In this document: positions 54,821-64,000 of the stretch, piece after piece
How the letters are laid out: every line of letters starts with the position of its first letter
Position numbering within the stretch: the stretch's first letter is position 1
NCBI GenBank assembly: GCA_050248275.1
Contig: JBFWSR010000001.1
Span: forward strand, 334,979-398,978
Reading direction: 5' to 3'
DNA length: 64,000 nt
Source of the DNA: Steroidobacteraceae bacterium
Lineage (GTDB): Bacteria; Pseudomonadota; Gammaproteobacteria; Steroidobacterales; Steroidobacteraceae
The notes under the pieces: model-generated
The model's input: the letters and a program-made list of their open reading frames with translations, nothing else
Told to the model about the DNA's origin: nothing
Databases searched by the model: none
Made by a program: the position numbers and the translations under genes

Positions 54821-57457
54821 GTGACTCGCGCTCAGCCATTGGCATCGTTAATGATTCCGCACGGTATCGTTTGCGCCATTCTCGTGGTGTCGGCCGGGCC
54901 AACTGCGGAAGCAGCCTCTCTTGATTTGACAGAGGTCGTCAGAGTCAATATTCCCGCCGAACCTCTCACCGTCGCCCTGTTGCAGTTTTCCAGCCAGGTC
55001 CATGTTCAGGTCGCTACTTCGGGAACCGAGGTGGGCAGTGTGCACAGCCATCGCGTGAGCGGCGCCATGTCGATCGGCGATGCGCTCACAAAACTTTTAT
55101 CAGGTACCGGCTTTTCGTTCCAAGTATCCGGTGATCGAAGCATTGCGATATTGCTGCCCGACAAAGTCCGGGACACCATGCCCGCGACCGGGCCTCCGGC
55201 CGGCACCAGGCTTCAAAAAAACGATGTCGAGAATAAAGATCAGCCTGGAGAAAACAGCATGCGTCATCGAAACCTGTTTGCGCGTTTTATTGGATTGTTT
55301 GCAGTTTGTGGTTCCGCGATACATGCTGGTAGCGCCTGCGCACAGGATGTATCAACTACCAGGCGCAGTTCCGGCGCGGAAGCGCAATTGGAAGAAGTTG
55401 TAGTGACGGCCCAGCGCTATGCGGAATCCCTGCAAAAAACGCCGGTCTCTGTGGTAGCTGTTTCGGGCGATGAACTGCAAACCTTGGGTGTCGCCAACCT
55501 CGAAACCCTAGACTCATTCATTCCAAACTTCAGCGCCGGTTTTGGTCAGGGGTATAGCAACTGGGCAGTACTCACCATTCGCGGTGTGGGAGGCGGGGAA
55601 GGATTTCTCTATCAAGATCCTTCCGTCGGCATCTATATCGATGACGTTTATTATCCGCGCGCACAAGGCGCCATGCTCGATCTGATTGATGTTGAGCAGG
55701 TTGAGGTGCTGCGTGGACCCCAAGGGACTCTGTTCGGCCGCAACACCTCGGGCGGCGCAGTTCGGTATATTTCGAAGAAACCTGAACGGGAGTTGAGCGG
55801 CAATATCACCGGCTCGGTCGGCAATCTCAAACGGCGCGACATGCAGTCGATCGCCAATATTCCTCTCAGCGATACGCTGTCGTCGCGTTTTACTTTCGCA
55901 TCGAAAAGCAGCGATGGCTTTGTCACGCGCCTCAATGACGGTGTCAAGATGGGGGATCTCAATGTGGTCGCTGTGCGTGGCCAATTGCGGTGGCAGCCTA
56001 CGGCTCAATGGGACATCAATTTGTCGGCTGATTCGATTCGCACTTTCGATCATGGCGTCGCCCGGAAAATTACGCTTATTGATACGACTGATCTTTATCC
56101 CACTCGTCTGGGCAACCCCGGTTTTAACGCGTCCCTGGTAACACCGAGCCTCTATACCGTAGTCGGGGGTGATCCTGATAAAAATGAGAACGAATCGAAT
56201 GGGCTCACGGGAACCATTCAGTACGACGTCAATAACAACCTATCGATAAAATCCCTGACAGGCTATCGGTACAGCAATGCCACTAACATTCAGGATTGGG
56301 ACCAGACACCGTTTTTACTATTTACAGCCAACACCAAGTTTAATTTCTCCAATGAGAGTCAGGAATTTCAGTTTAATGGGAATTCCTTTGAAGATCGCTT
56401 GAAGTGGGTGGCGGGACTTTATTATTTTCATGAGAAGGCTCACCAAAACGGTGTGCGCAATGACCCGGTTGAGCCACCAAATAATCCCGAAATCAGAGAC
56501 CTCGATACAACGAGCTATGCAGCCTTTGGTCAGGGTACATTCAAGTTAACCGATCACTTGGGAGCGACAGCGGGTATTCGCTGGAGTCATGACGACAAGA
56601 AGTATTTTAGCCTTCGAGGCCCTTTCTCGGGTAGTAATAGTGGCAATTGGACAAGTATCACGCCGCGTTTTGGTCTTAATTATCAAATCGCCGATGACAT
56701 GATGTCTTATGTATCGGCGGCGAAGGGGTTCAAGTCAGGAGGGTTTAACGATACGCCACGGTCTGGCCAGTTAAATAATGGCATTAATCCGTACGGCCCT
56801 GAAAATCTTTGGACTTACGAGAGCGGAATCAGGAGTGAATTTGCGAATCGTCGAATCCGCTTCAACGGTACATTTTTTTACACGGACTACAAAGACATTC
56901 AGACGTTGGGGTCTTTCTTTGACCCAGTCCTAGGCACTGTGATACTGGTTACACAGAATGCCGCTGCTGCTACGGTAAAAGGAATCGAACTTGAGACTCA
57001 GGTTCGTGTAACAAGTGGTTTGGTTATGCGCTTGTCTGGTGGCTGGACTGATGCCCGCTATGATGATGTGACTGGTGCCACTACCCTTACACTTAATACA
57101 CCATTTCAACGCACTCCGAAATACTCATACACGGCGGGTGCAACCTACGACCATTCGCTTGCTCATAATGACAAGTTGTCATTCAACATTGATTACAGCT
57201 GGAAGGATGACCAAACCAATAGTAATAATGAAAATCTTTATGTGGTCCTGCCGGCTTATGGACTACTAAGCTCGCGGGTGACCTATTCGCCCCAGTCCGA
57301 CAAATGGAAGGTTTCCCTATTCGGCACTAATCTCTTGAACAAGAAATACCTTGTCAACGCATATGATCCATCAACGCGCCTGCACTTGCAGGGTTTCGCA
57401 TCGAACGATCTTGGGCGGCCGCGCGAATGGGGTGTTGAAGTTTCTGTGATTTTCTAG
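54821..57457 (+). CDS. TonB-dependent receptor with N-terminal STN signalling domain (FecA-like transducer), copy 1
   Basis: GTG start after GGGGGA (alternative ATG at codon 11). Has an STN domain (IPAEPLTVALLQFSSQVHVQV...SFQVSGDRSIAIL), a plug beginning LEEVVVTAQR, and a barrel ending in the terminal F of VSVIF. Confidence 0.88.
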   Translation: MTRAQPLASLMIPHGIVCAILVVSAGPTAEAASLDLTEVVRVNIPAEPLTVALLQFSSQVHVQVATSGTEVGSVHSHRVSGAMSIGDALTKLLSGTGFSFQVSGDRSIAILLPDKVRDTMPATGPPAGTRLQKNDVENKDQPGENSMRHRNLFARFIGLFAVCGSAIHAGSACAQDVSTTRRSSGAEAQLEEVVVTAQRYAESLQKTPVSVVAVSGDELQTLGVANLETLDSFIPNFSAGFGQGYSNWAVLTIRGVGGGEGFLYQDPSVGIYIDDVYYPRAQGAMLDLIDVEQVEVLRGPQGTLFGRNTSGGAVRYISKKPERELSGNITGSVGNLKRRDMQSIANIPLSDTLSSRFTFASKSSDGFVTRLNDGVKMGDLNVVAVRGQLRWQPTAQWDINLSADSIRTFDHGVARKITLIDTTDLYPTRLGNPGFNASLVTPSLYTVVGGDPDKNENESNGLTGTIQYDVNNNLSIKSLTGYRYSNATNIQDWDQTPFLLFTANTKFNFSNESQEFQFNGNSFEDRLKWVAGLYYFHEKAHQNGVRNDPVEPPNNPEIRDLDTTSYAAFGQGTFKLTDHLGATAGIRWSHDDKKYFSLRGPFSGSNSGNWTSITPRFGLNYQIADDMMSYVSAAKGFKSGGFNDTPRSGQLNNGINPYGPENLWTYESGIRSEFANRRIRFNGTFFYTDYKDIQTLGSFFDPVLGTVILVTQNAAAATVKGIELETQVRVTSGLVMRLSGGWTDARYDDVTGATTLTLNTPFQRTPKYSYTAGATYDHSLAHNDKLSFNIDYSWKDDQTNSNNENLYVVLPAYGLLSSRVTYSPQSDKWKVSLFGTNLLNKKYLVNAYDPSTRLHLQGFASNDLGRPREWGVEVSVIF

Positions 57458-57718
57458 ATAGCACCCTGCCTATCAGCATGATGCCCCGTCACGGCGGAAT
57501 CGAACCCTTATGAAGGTAAATTTCTTGGCAAACTTGGCCGATGAGGGATTAAGAGTTTGTTATGAAGAGCAAATGCTTTCAGTCAAGCAGATGGGGCCGT
57601 GATGAAGCAGGTAGAGCTCCGGATGCCTGTGGTGGGGTTCAGCTGGCACTTTAACAATGCAGCTCCTTGGTCCGTTTTGAATTCACGGCATCCAAAATTT
57701 AGAAGGCCAATACTCATC

Positions 57719-58984
57719 ATGGTAAACAACGCTGTCGCACGAGTGAATCGGCGAGTAATTGCTTCCATCTTGTTATGGGGCATTTTATCTATTCCCCTTG
57801 TGGGGTTCGCGCAGCAAGTAGTGTTTGGTATCGCACCGGTCCCCTTGACCCAAAGGATGTACACCTTCGATACGGCTGAACAGCACAAGATTCGCGTCGT
57901 GGTCGTGGCGAAAGGACTGAAGCATCCATTCGCAGTTGCGCTGTTGTCGCAAGGAGATGCACTGGTATCCGAACGCGGTGGAGCTCTTCGCTTTATCCAC
58001 AATGTTGGCGGCGCTAAGTCTTCTAGATTGGACCCGGAGCCTGTCGCGGGCATTCCACCCGCCGTGCCGCTGAAATTCCATGGTGGTCTACAAGATGTTG
58101 TCCTGCATCCGAAATTCGCTCAGAACCGTTACGTTTACTTCACCTTCAACAAGCCGGGCAACTTGCCCGCACCGGACGCCAAGCCGCCCATCAATCGGGA
58201 AGGCATCGTGACACTGATGCGAGGCAAGCTTTCACTTTCGGGTAACACACTCACGGATGTCGTAGAGCTGTTTTCCGGCGAACCGATTAGCATCTCCGGT
58301 GGTTCGCGTATCGCGTTCGGTAAGGACGGTTTGGTATACATGACCACGGGATCAGCGTTTGGTAATCAACCGCAGCACCTCGACAGTGTTTACGGCAAGG
58401 TGCTGCGTTTACGTGAGGATGGTCAGATACCGGAAGACAATCCTTTCGTTGGCCAAGCGGGCGCACGACCTGAAATTTTCACGTTAGGACATCGTGATCA
58501 GCTCGGTATCACCGTCGATCCCGTAACTGGCGCGATATTGGCTGCCGATCATGGCCCGAATGGGGGTGACGAAGTGAACCTCATTCTGTCAGGACGCAAC
58601 TATGGGTGGCCAATAGTAAGCTTTGGGCGCCAATATGAAGGCCCGCGCTGGTCAGCATCGCCGGTAGCGGAAGGTATGGAACAGCCACTGATCGTGTGGC
58701 TGCCATCTATTGCTCCTTCAGGACTGACGTTCTATACCGGTGATCGGTTTCCCACTTGGAAAGGTAACTTGTTTGTCGCCAGTGCTCGTCGCGGTGAAGT
58801 GCTGCGTACCGGTGGCCTGGAGCGCGTTGTCTTCAATGATCAACTCGAAGAGCTGCGCCGTGAGACATTGCTAACCGATTTGCATCAACGCATTCGCGAC
58901 GTTCGCCAGGGACCTGATGGACTGCTTTACGTACTGACCGACGAGGAAGATGGCGCGCTGTTGCGAATTGAACCTGCCAATTGA
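57719..58984 (+). CDS. PQQ-dependent sugar (glucose/sorbosone) dehydrogenase-family protein, copy 1
   Basis: Has a signal peptide (start taken at MVNNAVARVNRR) and motifs GLQDVVLHP, GSRIAFGKDG, GHRDQLG and GPNGGDEVNLI..GRNYGWP, typical of the soluble GSDH beta-propeller family. Confidence 0.82.
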   Translation: MVNNAVARVNRRVIASILLWGILSIPLVGFAQQVVFGIAPVPLTQRMYTFDTAEQHKIRVVVVAKGLKHPFAVALLSQGDALVSERGGALRFIHNVGGAKSSRLDPEPVAGIPPAVPLKFHGGLQDVVLHPKFAQNRYVYFTFNKPGNLPAPDAKPPINREGIVTLMRGKLSLSGNTLTDVVELFSGEPISISGGSRIAFGKDGLVYMTTGSAFGNQPQHLDSVYGKVLRLREDGQIPEDNPFVGQAGARPEIFTLGHRDQLGITVDPVTGAILAADHGPNGGDEVNLILSGRNYGWPIVSFGRQYEGPRWSASPVAEGMEQPLIVWLPSIAPSGLTFYTGDRFPTWKGNLFVASARRGEVLRTGGLERVVFNDQLEELRRETLLTDLHQRIRDVRQGPDGLLYVLTDEEDGALLRIEPAN

Positions 58985-59147
58985 ATCCACAACATTCCGC
59001 TTCAGCGCACGACTTGGTCAGCCAACATAGTTCATGCTGGCAAGCTATGCCCTCTCGAGATTACGCATCATCCGCTAACCACAAAGTTACCCTGAAGCGC
59101 ACGCGATGTCGGCGAGTGTCCTGAGTGCTCAACCCTGGAGATTGTCA

Positions 59148-59708
59148 ATGTCATTGGGAATGCTGATTCACAAACGATTGCTGCCATTGACCCTGTTTGT
59201 CGCGCTGGGCGCGCTGGCTGCAGACACCCATGTCGATGCCGGCAAGAGCACGATCACGGCCACCTTCAAACAGGAAGGCGTGCCGGTCGAAGCGGCATTC
59301 CGCAAGTTCACCGGCAACATCCAGTACGATCCGGCAAAACCTGCTGCCGCCACCGCCGTGCTGGAGGTCGATACCGGCAGCTTCGACATGGGCGATGAAA
59401 GCTACAACGATGAGGTGCGCAAGAAAGCCTGGTTCGACAGCACTGCCTATCCCAAAGCCACTTTTCGTTCCACGCAGGTCAAGCCGGGCGCCGCCGACAA
59501 ATTCGACGCCACCGGCGCTCTGACCATCAAGGGCAAGGTCGCCACGATCACCCTGCCCATCACCGTCAAGCGTGTCGGCAATACCGCCACCTACAGCGGC
59601 AACTTCGTGGTGTCGCGCGCCATGTTCGGCATCGGCGATCCGTCATGGAACGACGTGCTGGATGACAAGGTCAGCGTGCGTTTCAATCTGGTCACTCCAG
59701 AATCCTGA
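59148..59708 (+). CDS. YceI-family periplasmic polyisoprenoid-binding protein
   Basis: Has a signal peptide. KSTITATFKQEGVPVEAAFRKFTG, FDSTAYPKATFRS and GALTIKGKV match the YceI-like pattern. Confidence 0.82.
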   Translation: MSLGMLIHKRLLPLTLFVALGALAADTHVDAGKSTITATFKQEGVPVEAAFRKFTGNIQYDPAKPAAATAVLEVDTGSFDMGDESYNDEVRKKAWFDSTAYPKATFRSTQVKPGAADKFDATGALTIKGKVATITLPITVKRVGNTATYSGNFVVSRAMFGIGDPSWNDVLDDKVSVRFNLVTPES

Positions 59709-59861
59709 TCATGGGGCCGGCTTTATTTTGCTGTTGAAAGTAACGGCAAGAAATACCGAGAAATAAATATAGACCGGCATTCGGATAACTTGCTGATCCA
59801 AGATACGCCAGAATGTTCGATTATTGGGTCAAGATCATCATTCTCGGCTCGATGCAGGTTA

Positions 59862-59899
59862 AACGATTTCCGATAACGTCCCCTGATTCGTCATAGCTC
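59862..59899 (+). promoter_or_regulatory. Second copy of the conserved 38-nt block, including a remnant of the fecR 3' end
   Basis: AACGATTTCCGATAACGTCCCCTGATTCGTCATAGCTC. The first 15 nt equal the last codons and stop of fecR (NDFR*) in copy 1, but there is no fecR here. Confidence 0.3.
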
Positions 59900-59955
59900 C
59901 ACACCCGCTGTTTATTGGCGGCAAACAAAAAGAATTACGAAGGGGGAAGAAGCAA

Positions 59956-62592
59956 GTGATTTGCGATCAGTCGCTAGCCTCACAAATGATCCGTCCGCGC
60001 CGAATCGCTGGCAGTATCGCTTGCGCCATCCTCATATCGTCTCTTGAATCGATCGCAGGCGCGGCCCTCCTCGATATAGCTGAGATCGTTAGAGTCGATA
60101 TTCCCGCCGAGCCTCTTGCCATCGCTTTGCTTCAGTTTTCGAGTCAGACGCATGTTCAGATTGCCACTTCTGGAACCGAAGTGGGCGGCATGCGCAGTCA
60201 CAGTGTTATCGGTTCCATGTCGATCAGTGATGCTCTTACGAAACTGTTGGCAGGTACCGGATTCGCGTTCCAGGTCTCCGGCGACCGAAGCGTCGCCATA
60301 TTGCTGCGAGACAGAGCCCGAGGCGCTACGCCTTCGACAGGTCCGCCAGCTGACACCAACATCCCAAAAAACGATGTCGAAAACAATATTGATCACAGTG
60401 GAGAAAATGCAATGCGCCATCGAAGTCTATTTGCGCGTTTTATTGGACTATTTGCGGTTTGTGGTTCCGTGCTGCACACAGGCACTGCTTGTGCAGAAGA
60501 CGCAAACACTACTAACCTTGGTTCAAATTCAACAACCCGCCTGGAAGAAGTTGTCGTTACGGCACAACGGCGCGAAGAGCGGCTTCAGGACGTTCCGATC
60601 GCCGTTTCTGCCATTAGCAGCGAGCAGCTTGCCGCTGCTGGCATTGACTCGACCACCGAGCTCCAATACGCGGTACCGGGTTTCATAGCGGAACAGTCAG
60701 GAGCGATTCCGCATTACGCCGTGCGTGGCATCAGCAACACTAATGTCGGGCCGGGCGTTGAAAGTGCTGTCGCGATGTATGTAGATGGCGTGTATATCAG
60801 TGCGACTCCAAGCTCCTTGATGAAGCTATCCAACATTGAGCGCATCGAGGTACTTAAAGGACCGCAAGGCACGCTGTTTGGCCGCAATGCTACAGGCGGG
60901 TTGGTGCAGGTGATCACTAAAGATCCGCAACATAAGCCGCAAGCCGATGCCAGTGTCGGCTATGGTAATTATCAGACGTTCACTGGAAGTTTGTATGCTA
61001 CCAGTGGCATTGCCGACACACTCGCCGCCGATCTATCAATGTCATACACCAATCAGGGACAGGGTTACGGCAAGAATCTCTTTGACGGTGAGGGTTACCA
61101 GCGATTTCCCCGGGACTTGGCGGCACGCACCAAGTGGCTGTGGGAACCGAGTGCTGCAACACGCGTTAAGTTTGCGTACGACTATTCCAAATTGGATTTG
61201 AAAATCGCCTTTGTACCGTTTCCAGGGCCACAAGGCACCGGTACTCCTCTGAACGGTACTTTTTATGATGCTGATAGCAATATTCAGCAACGGATTGTTA
61301 CTCAAGCGAGCGGCGGTAGTATCGATATCCAGCACGAATTCGATCAAGCACGGCTGCTCAGCATCACATCGTCGCGCCAATCTGAATCTGATCTGCTGGC
61401 AGATCTGGATGCCACTCCGCGGCCGGTCGTTGCGGCACAATATGCCGACAAGGAGCAGCAATTTACCGAGGAGCTGCAACTTCAGTCTCTTAACAACACG
61501 GTGTTTAGTTGGGTGGTCGGTGCGTACTATTATTATGGTACTGGACGATATCAGCCGTTTAGGCTCATAACCGGGCCGGCCGTTGGTCAGGAGTTCAACA
61601 GCAAGGGAACCACCGAGTCGTGGGCCGGATTCGGGCAGGGAACCTATGAATTCCTGCCGGATACTCACCTTACCTTGGGATTGCGCTATACCAGCGAGAC
61701 CAGAGATGCCATCAGTACGGTCGTCATACCAAGTCCGTCGAGTGCCTCAGGTCATGTCAGTTTCGATAAGCTAACCTCTCGGTTATCGCTGGACCGCAAG
61801 TTCACGCCCAATGTCATGGGCTATGTTTCATACAATCGTGGTTTTCAGAGTGGTGGCTTTGATCTTGGGTCAGTGCAAAATGGCGCCTACCAGCCGGAGA
61901 CCATCGACGCTTATGAAATCGGCCTCAAGAGTGAATGGTTTGATCAGCGCATCCGGTTCAATATCGCTGCCTTCCATTATCAATTCGACAATCTGCAACT
62001 CAAGATTCTGAGCACTGGCGGTACCATTACCACTATCAATGGGCCGAAGGCAAAGCTGGATGGTGCGGATGCAGATGCAGCCTTCGTGCTGACTGATCGA
62101 CTGCAAGTCAGTATGGGTGCGTCCTACGTGCATTCCGAGTTCCAGAATTTCCCGAACGCGCCCTACTACAATTACAACCCTAACAGCACTTTTGTCGCTT
62201 GCGCCGGGGCTAATACGCGTTTCCTGACGGCAGTGAAATGCGATGCAACCGGCAACCAATTGCCCGGAGCGCCGAAGCTCAGCGGCAACTTGGCCGCTAC
62301 TTACACGATTCCTCTAAAAACTGGAAAAATCGCAGTTGACGGCAACCTCTATTACAACGGAGGCTGGTTCTCAGATTCCGATAATCAGCTCAAGCAGCCT
62401 GCGTATAGCGTCCTCAACGGCTTCGTGAGCTGGTCGTCAAGTGATGATGCCAATAGCATTAAATTATGGGGCAAGAATCTGACCGACAAGAAATATGCCA
62501 CCGGCATCACGACAATTAGTGGCCTCGCTTATACGCATCAGCCAGCCCCGCCGTTGACGTATGGCTTGACCCTGCAGCACCATTTCCGATGA
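59956..62592 (+). CDS. TonB-dependent receptor with N-terminal STN signalling domain, copy 2
   Basis: GTG start after GGGGGAA. The first 190 aa or so are highly similar to copy 1 (IPAEPLAIALLQFSSQTHVQI...AFQVSGDRSVAIL...LEEVVVTAQR). The plug and barrel are only distantly similar. The C-terminus is LTLQHHFR. Confidence 0.88.
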   Translation: MICDQSLASQMIRPRRIAGSIACAILISSLESIAGAALLDIAEIVRVDIPAEPLAIALLQFSSQTHVQIATSGTEVGGMRSHSVIGSMSISDALTKLLAGTGFAFQVSGDRSVAILLRDRARGATPSTGPPADTNIPKNDVENNIDHSGENAMRHRSLFARFIGLFAVCGSVLHTGTACAEDANTTNLGSNSTTRLEEVVVTAQRREERLQDVPIAVSAISSEQLAAAGIDSTTELQYAVPGFIAEQSGAIPHYAVRGISNTNVGPGVESAVAMYVDGVYISATPSSLMKLSNIERIEVLKGPQGTLFGRNATGGLVQVITKDPQHKPQADASVGYGNYQTFTGSLYATSGIADTLAADLSMSYTNQGQGYGKNLFDGEGYQRFPRDLAARTKWLWEPSAATRVKFAYDYSKLDLKIAFVPFPGPQGTGTPLNGTFYDADSNIQQRIVTQASGGSIDIQHEFDQARLLSITSSRQSESDLLADLDATPRPVVAAQYADKEQQFTEELQLQSLNNTVFSWVVGAYYYYGTGRYQPFRLITGPAVGQEFNSKGTTESWAGFGQGTYEFLPDTHLTLGLRYTSETRDAISTVVIPSPSSASGHVSFDKLTSRLSLDRKFTPNVMGYVSYNRGFQSGGFDLGSVQNGAYQPETIDAYEIGLKSEWFDQRIRFNIAAFHYQFDNLQLKILSTGGTITTINGPKAKLDGADADAAFVLTDRLQVSMGASYVHSEFQNFPNAPYYNYNPNSTFVACAGANTRFLTAVKCDATGNQLPGAPKLSGNLAATYTIPLKTGKIAVDGNLYYNGGWFSDSDNQLKQPAYSVLNGFVSWSSSDDANSIKLWGKNLTDKKYATGITTISGLAYTHQPAPPLTYGLTLQHHFR

Positions 62593-62758
62593 TTGCAGCT
62601 GGATGCACAAGATCAATATGAATTGACTGGAATCATGATGTATTGATCGCATGGCAAATGGATCCGGCTAAAACGCTTGCAAGCGTCCTCATATTCTAAC
62701 GTGGATTATGGGGACGCTCCGGCAATATCTAACAGCGTTTGCATTGTCAGGGGTAAAA

Positions 62759-64000
62759 ATGAATCGGCGCGTAATTGCATTCGTGTTGTTGTGGACCGTT
62801 CTGTCCCATCCCAATGTGGGGTTATCGCAGCAAACAACTTTTGGTATAGCACCCATTTCCATGACCAAAAGGGAATATGTTTTTGATACTGCGGAGCAGC
62901 ACAAAATTCGCGTGGTAGTCCTTGCCAAGGGACTGAAGCATCCCTTTTCAGTTGCGTTATTGCCCCAAGGAGATGCTCTGGTATCCGAACGCAGTGGAGC
63001 GCTGCGTCTGATTCATGATGCCGATGGCGTCAGAGGTAAATCTTCGAAGCTCGATCCCGAACCTGTAACTGGCCTTCCTCAACTCGACCCGGTGTTTCCT
63101 CATGGCGGGCTGCATGATGTGATTCTGCATCCGCAGTTCTCACAGAATCGCTACGTTTATTTTACTTTCAACAAGCCGGGCAGCATGGCTGCTCCAGGGG
63201 CCAAGCCATCCATGCGCAGAGAGGCAATTGTGTCCTTGATGAGAGGCAGGCTCTCCGTTTCTGGCAAGACGCTGACAGATGTCGTCGAGCTGTTTTCCGG
63301 CGAATCCGGGAGTGTCAGTGGTTCGCGTATTGCCTTCGGCAAGGAGGGCTTGATTTACCTGACCACCGGATCTCCGTTTGGTAATCAGCCGCAGCATCTT
63401 GATAGTGTCTATGGCAAGGTGCTGCGGCTGCGGGATGATGGCACGATACCGGAAGACAACCCTTTCGTCGGTCAAGCAGGTATCCGGCCCGAAATTTTCG
63501 CATTTGGAGGGCGTGATCAACTCGGTATAGCCGTGGATCCAGCAACTGGCGCGATTCTGGCCACCGATCACGGTCCAAACGGTGGCGACGAAGTGAATCT
63601 GATTCTGCCGGGACGTAACTATGGGTGGCCGATCGTGAGTTTCGGACGTCATTACGAAGGTCCGCGGTGGTCGGAATCTCCGGTGGCAGAAGGTGTGGAG
63701 CAGCCGTTGGTTGTATGGCTGCCATCGATTGCTCCTTCCGGACTGGCCTTTTATAACGGCAATCGCTTTCCAGCCTGGAAAGGCAACTTGTTTGTCGCCA
63801 GTGCTCGGCGTGGCGAAATATTACGCACAGGTGGCCTGGAGCGAGTGGTATTCAACGAGCAACTGGAGGAGCTGAGACGTGAGACGCTCCTCATGGACTT
63901 GCATCAACGCATCCGTGACGTTCGTCAGGGTCCCGACGGTCTTCTCTATGTATTGACCGATGAGGAAGATGGCGCGCTGCTTCGAATTGAACCCGTCAGT
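62759..64000 (+). CDS. PQQ-dependent sugar dehydrogenase-family protein, copy 2 (3' end just outside window)
   Basis: This gene is not in the ORF track because no stop is reached. ATG 62759 opens a frame that runs to base 64000. Its translation is MNRRVIAFVLLWTVL...FDTAEQHKIRVVVLAKGLKHPFSVALLPQGDALVSER...DEEDGALLRIEPVS, closely parallel to copy 1 along its whole length. Confidence 0.85.
   Translation, partial: MNRRVIAFVLLWTVLSHPNVGLSQQTTFGIAPISMTKREYVFDTAEQHKIRVVVLAKGLKHPFSVALLPQGDALVSERSGALRLIHDADGVRGKSSKLDPEPVTGLPQLDPVFPHGGLHDVILHPQFSQNRYVYFTFNKPGSMAAPGAKPSMRREAIVSLMRGRLSVSGKTLTDVVELFSGESGSVSGSRIAFGKEGLIYLTTGSPFGNQPQHLDSVYGKVLRLRDDGTIPEDNPFVGQAGIRPEIFAFGGRDQLGIAVDPATGAILATDHGPNGGDEVNLILPGRNYGWPIVSFGRHYEGPRWSESPVAEGVEQPLVVWLPSIAPSGLAFYNGNRFPAWKGNLFVASARRGEILRTGGLERVVFNEQLEELRRETLLMDLHQRIRDVRQGPDGLLYVLTDEEDGALLRIEPVS

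Noticed and set aside
1-64000. CRISPR arrays, tRNA/rRNA genes, IS elements, integrases and prophage genes
   Set aside because: I looked for regularly spaced direct repeats, cloverleaf-like or rRNA-like stretches, and transposase or integrase motifs, and found none. The only repeats seen are the short palindromic elements and the duplicated receptor/dehydrogenase module.

Overview
GC-rich (about 60% by eye) chromosomal segment that looks gammaproteobacterial. The taxon call rests on pilOPQ-aroKB synteny and a MopB-like OmpA with thrombospondin-type repeats, and is inference only. I saw no rRNA, tRNA, CRISPR array, transposase or integrase.

Most of the window is housekeeping:
- pilO (5' partial)-pilP-pilQ, aroK, aroB, a dGTPase-like HD protein and hemE
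- a TSP3/OmpA porin-anchor
- a frameshifted DUF4337 gene and a bacterial RIO-type kinase
- fadD and a CAP-domain protein
- the tesA / ybbA-ybbP divergent unit
- an FMN-bind/PepSY/porin trio and a PspC-domain protein
- a three-gene 2-oxoglutarate:acceptor oxidoreductase (korA-korB plus a GltD-like flavoprotein)
- def, FmdB, a MocA-like gene, a YafY regulator, a TfoX/Cdd1 fusion, VOC and an arylamine N-acetyltransferase
- hsp20-lon, a methyltransferase and ygiQ

Two accessory-looking blocks stand out:
1. 26.0-39.0 kb is a six-gene locus of Sec-exported DUF11-repeat proteins. It holds a 1011-aa tip-like protein, two paralogous subunits of about 33 kDa, a 165-aa single-domain protein, and a 1991-aa giant with an embedded OmpA-like module and a C-terminal beta-rich region of about 900 aa, plus a lipoprotein. 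No recognisable chaperone, usher, sortase or secretion partner is present. This is my best candidate for an undescribed surface-fibre assembly system.
2. 53.0-64.0 kb holds one ECF sigma/FecR pair followed by a tandemly duplicated module of an STN-domain TonB-dependent transducer plus a PQQ-type sugar dehydrogenase. Conservation between the copies is mosaic. Both receptors carry a conserved internal Shine-Dalgarno, ATG and signal-peptide-like segment.

Smaller observations:
- palindromic TAGGCTGG-ended elements that supply the stop codons of two convergent genes
- an in-frame palindromic element inside ygiQ
- an orphan intrinsic terminator with a structured tail
- an AT-richer orphan ORF island

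All domain calls come from motif recognition by eye. No searches were run.
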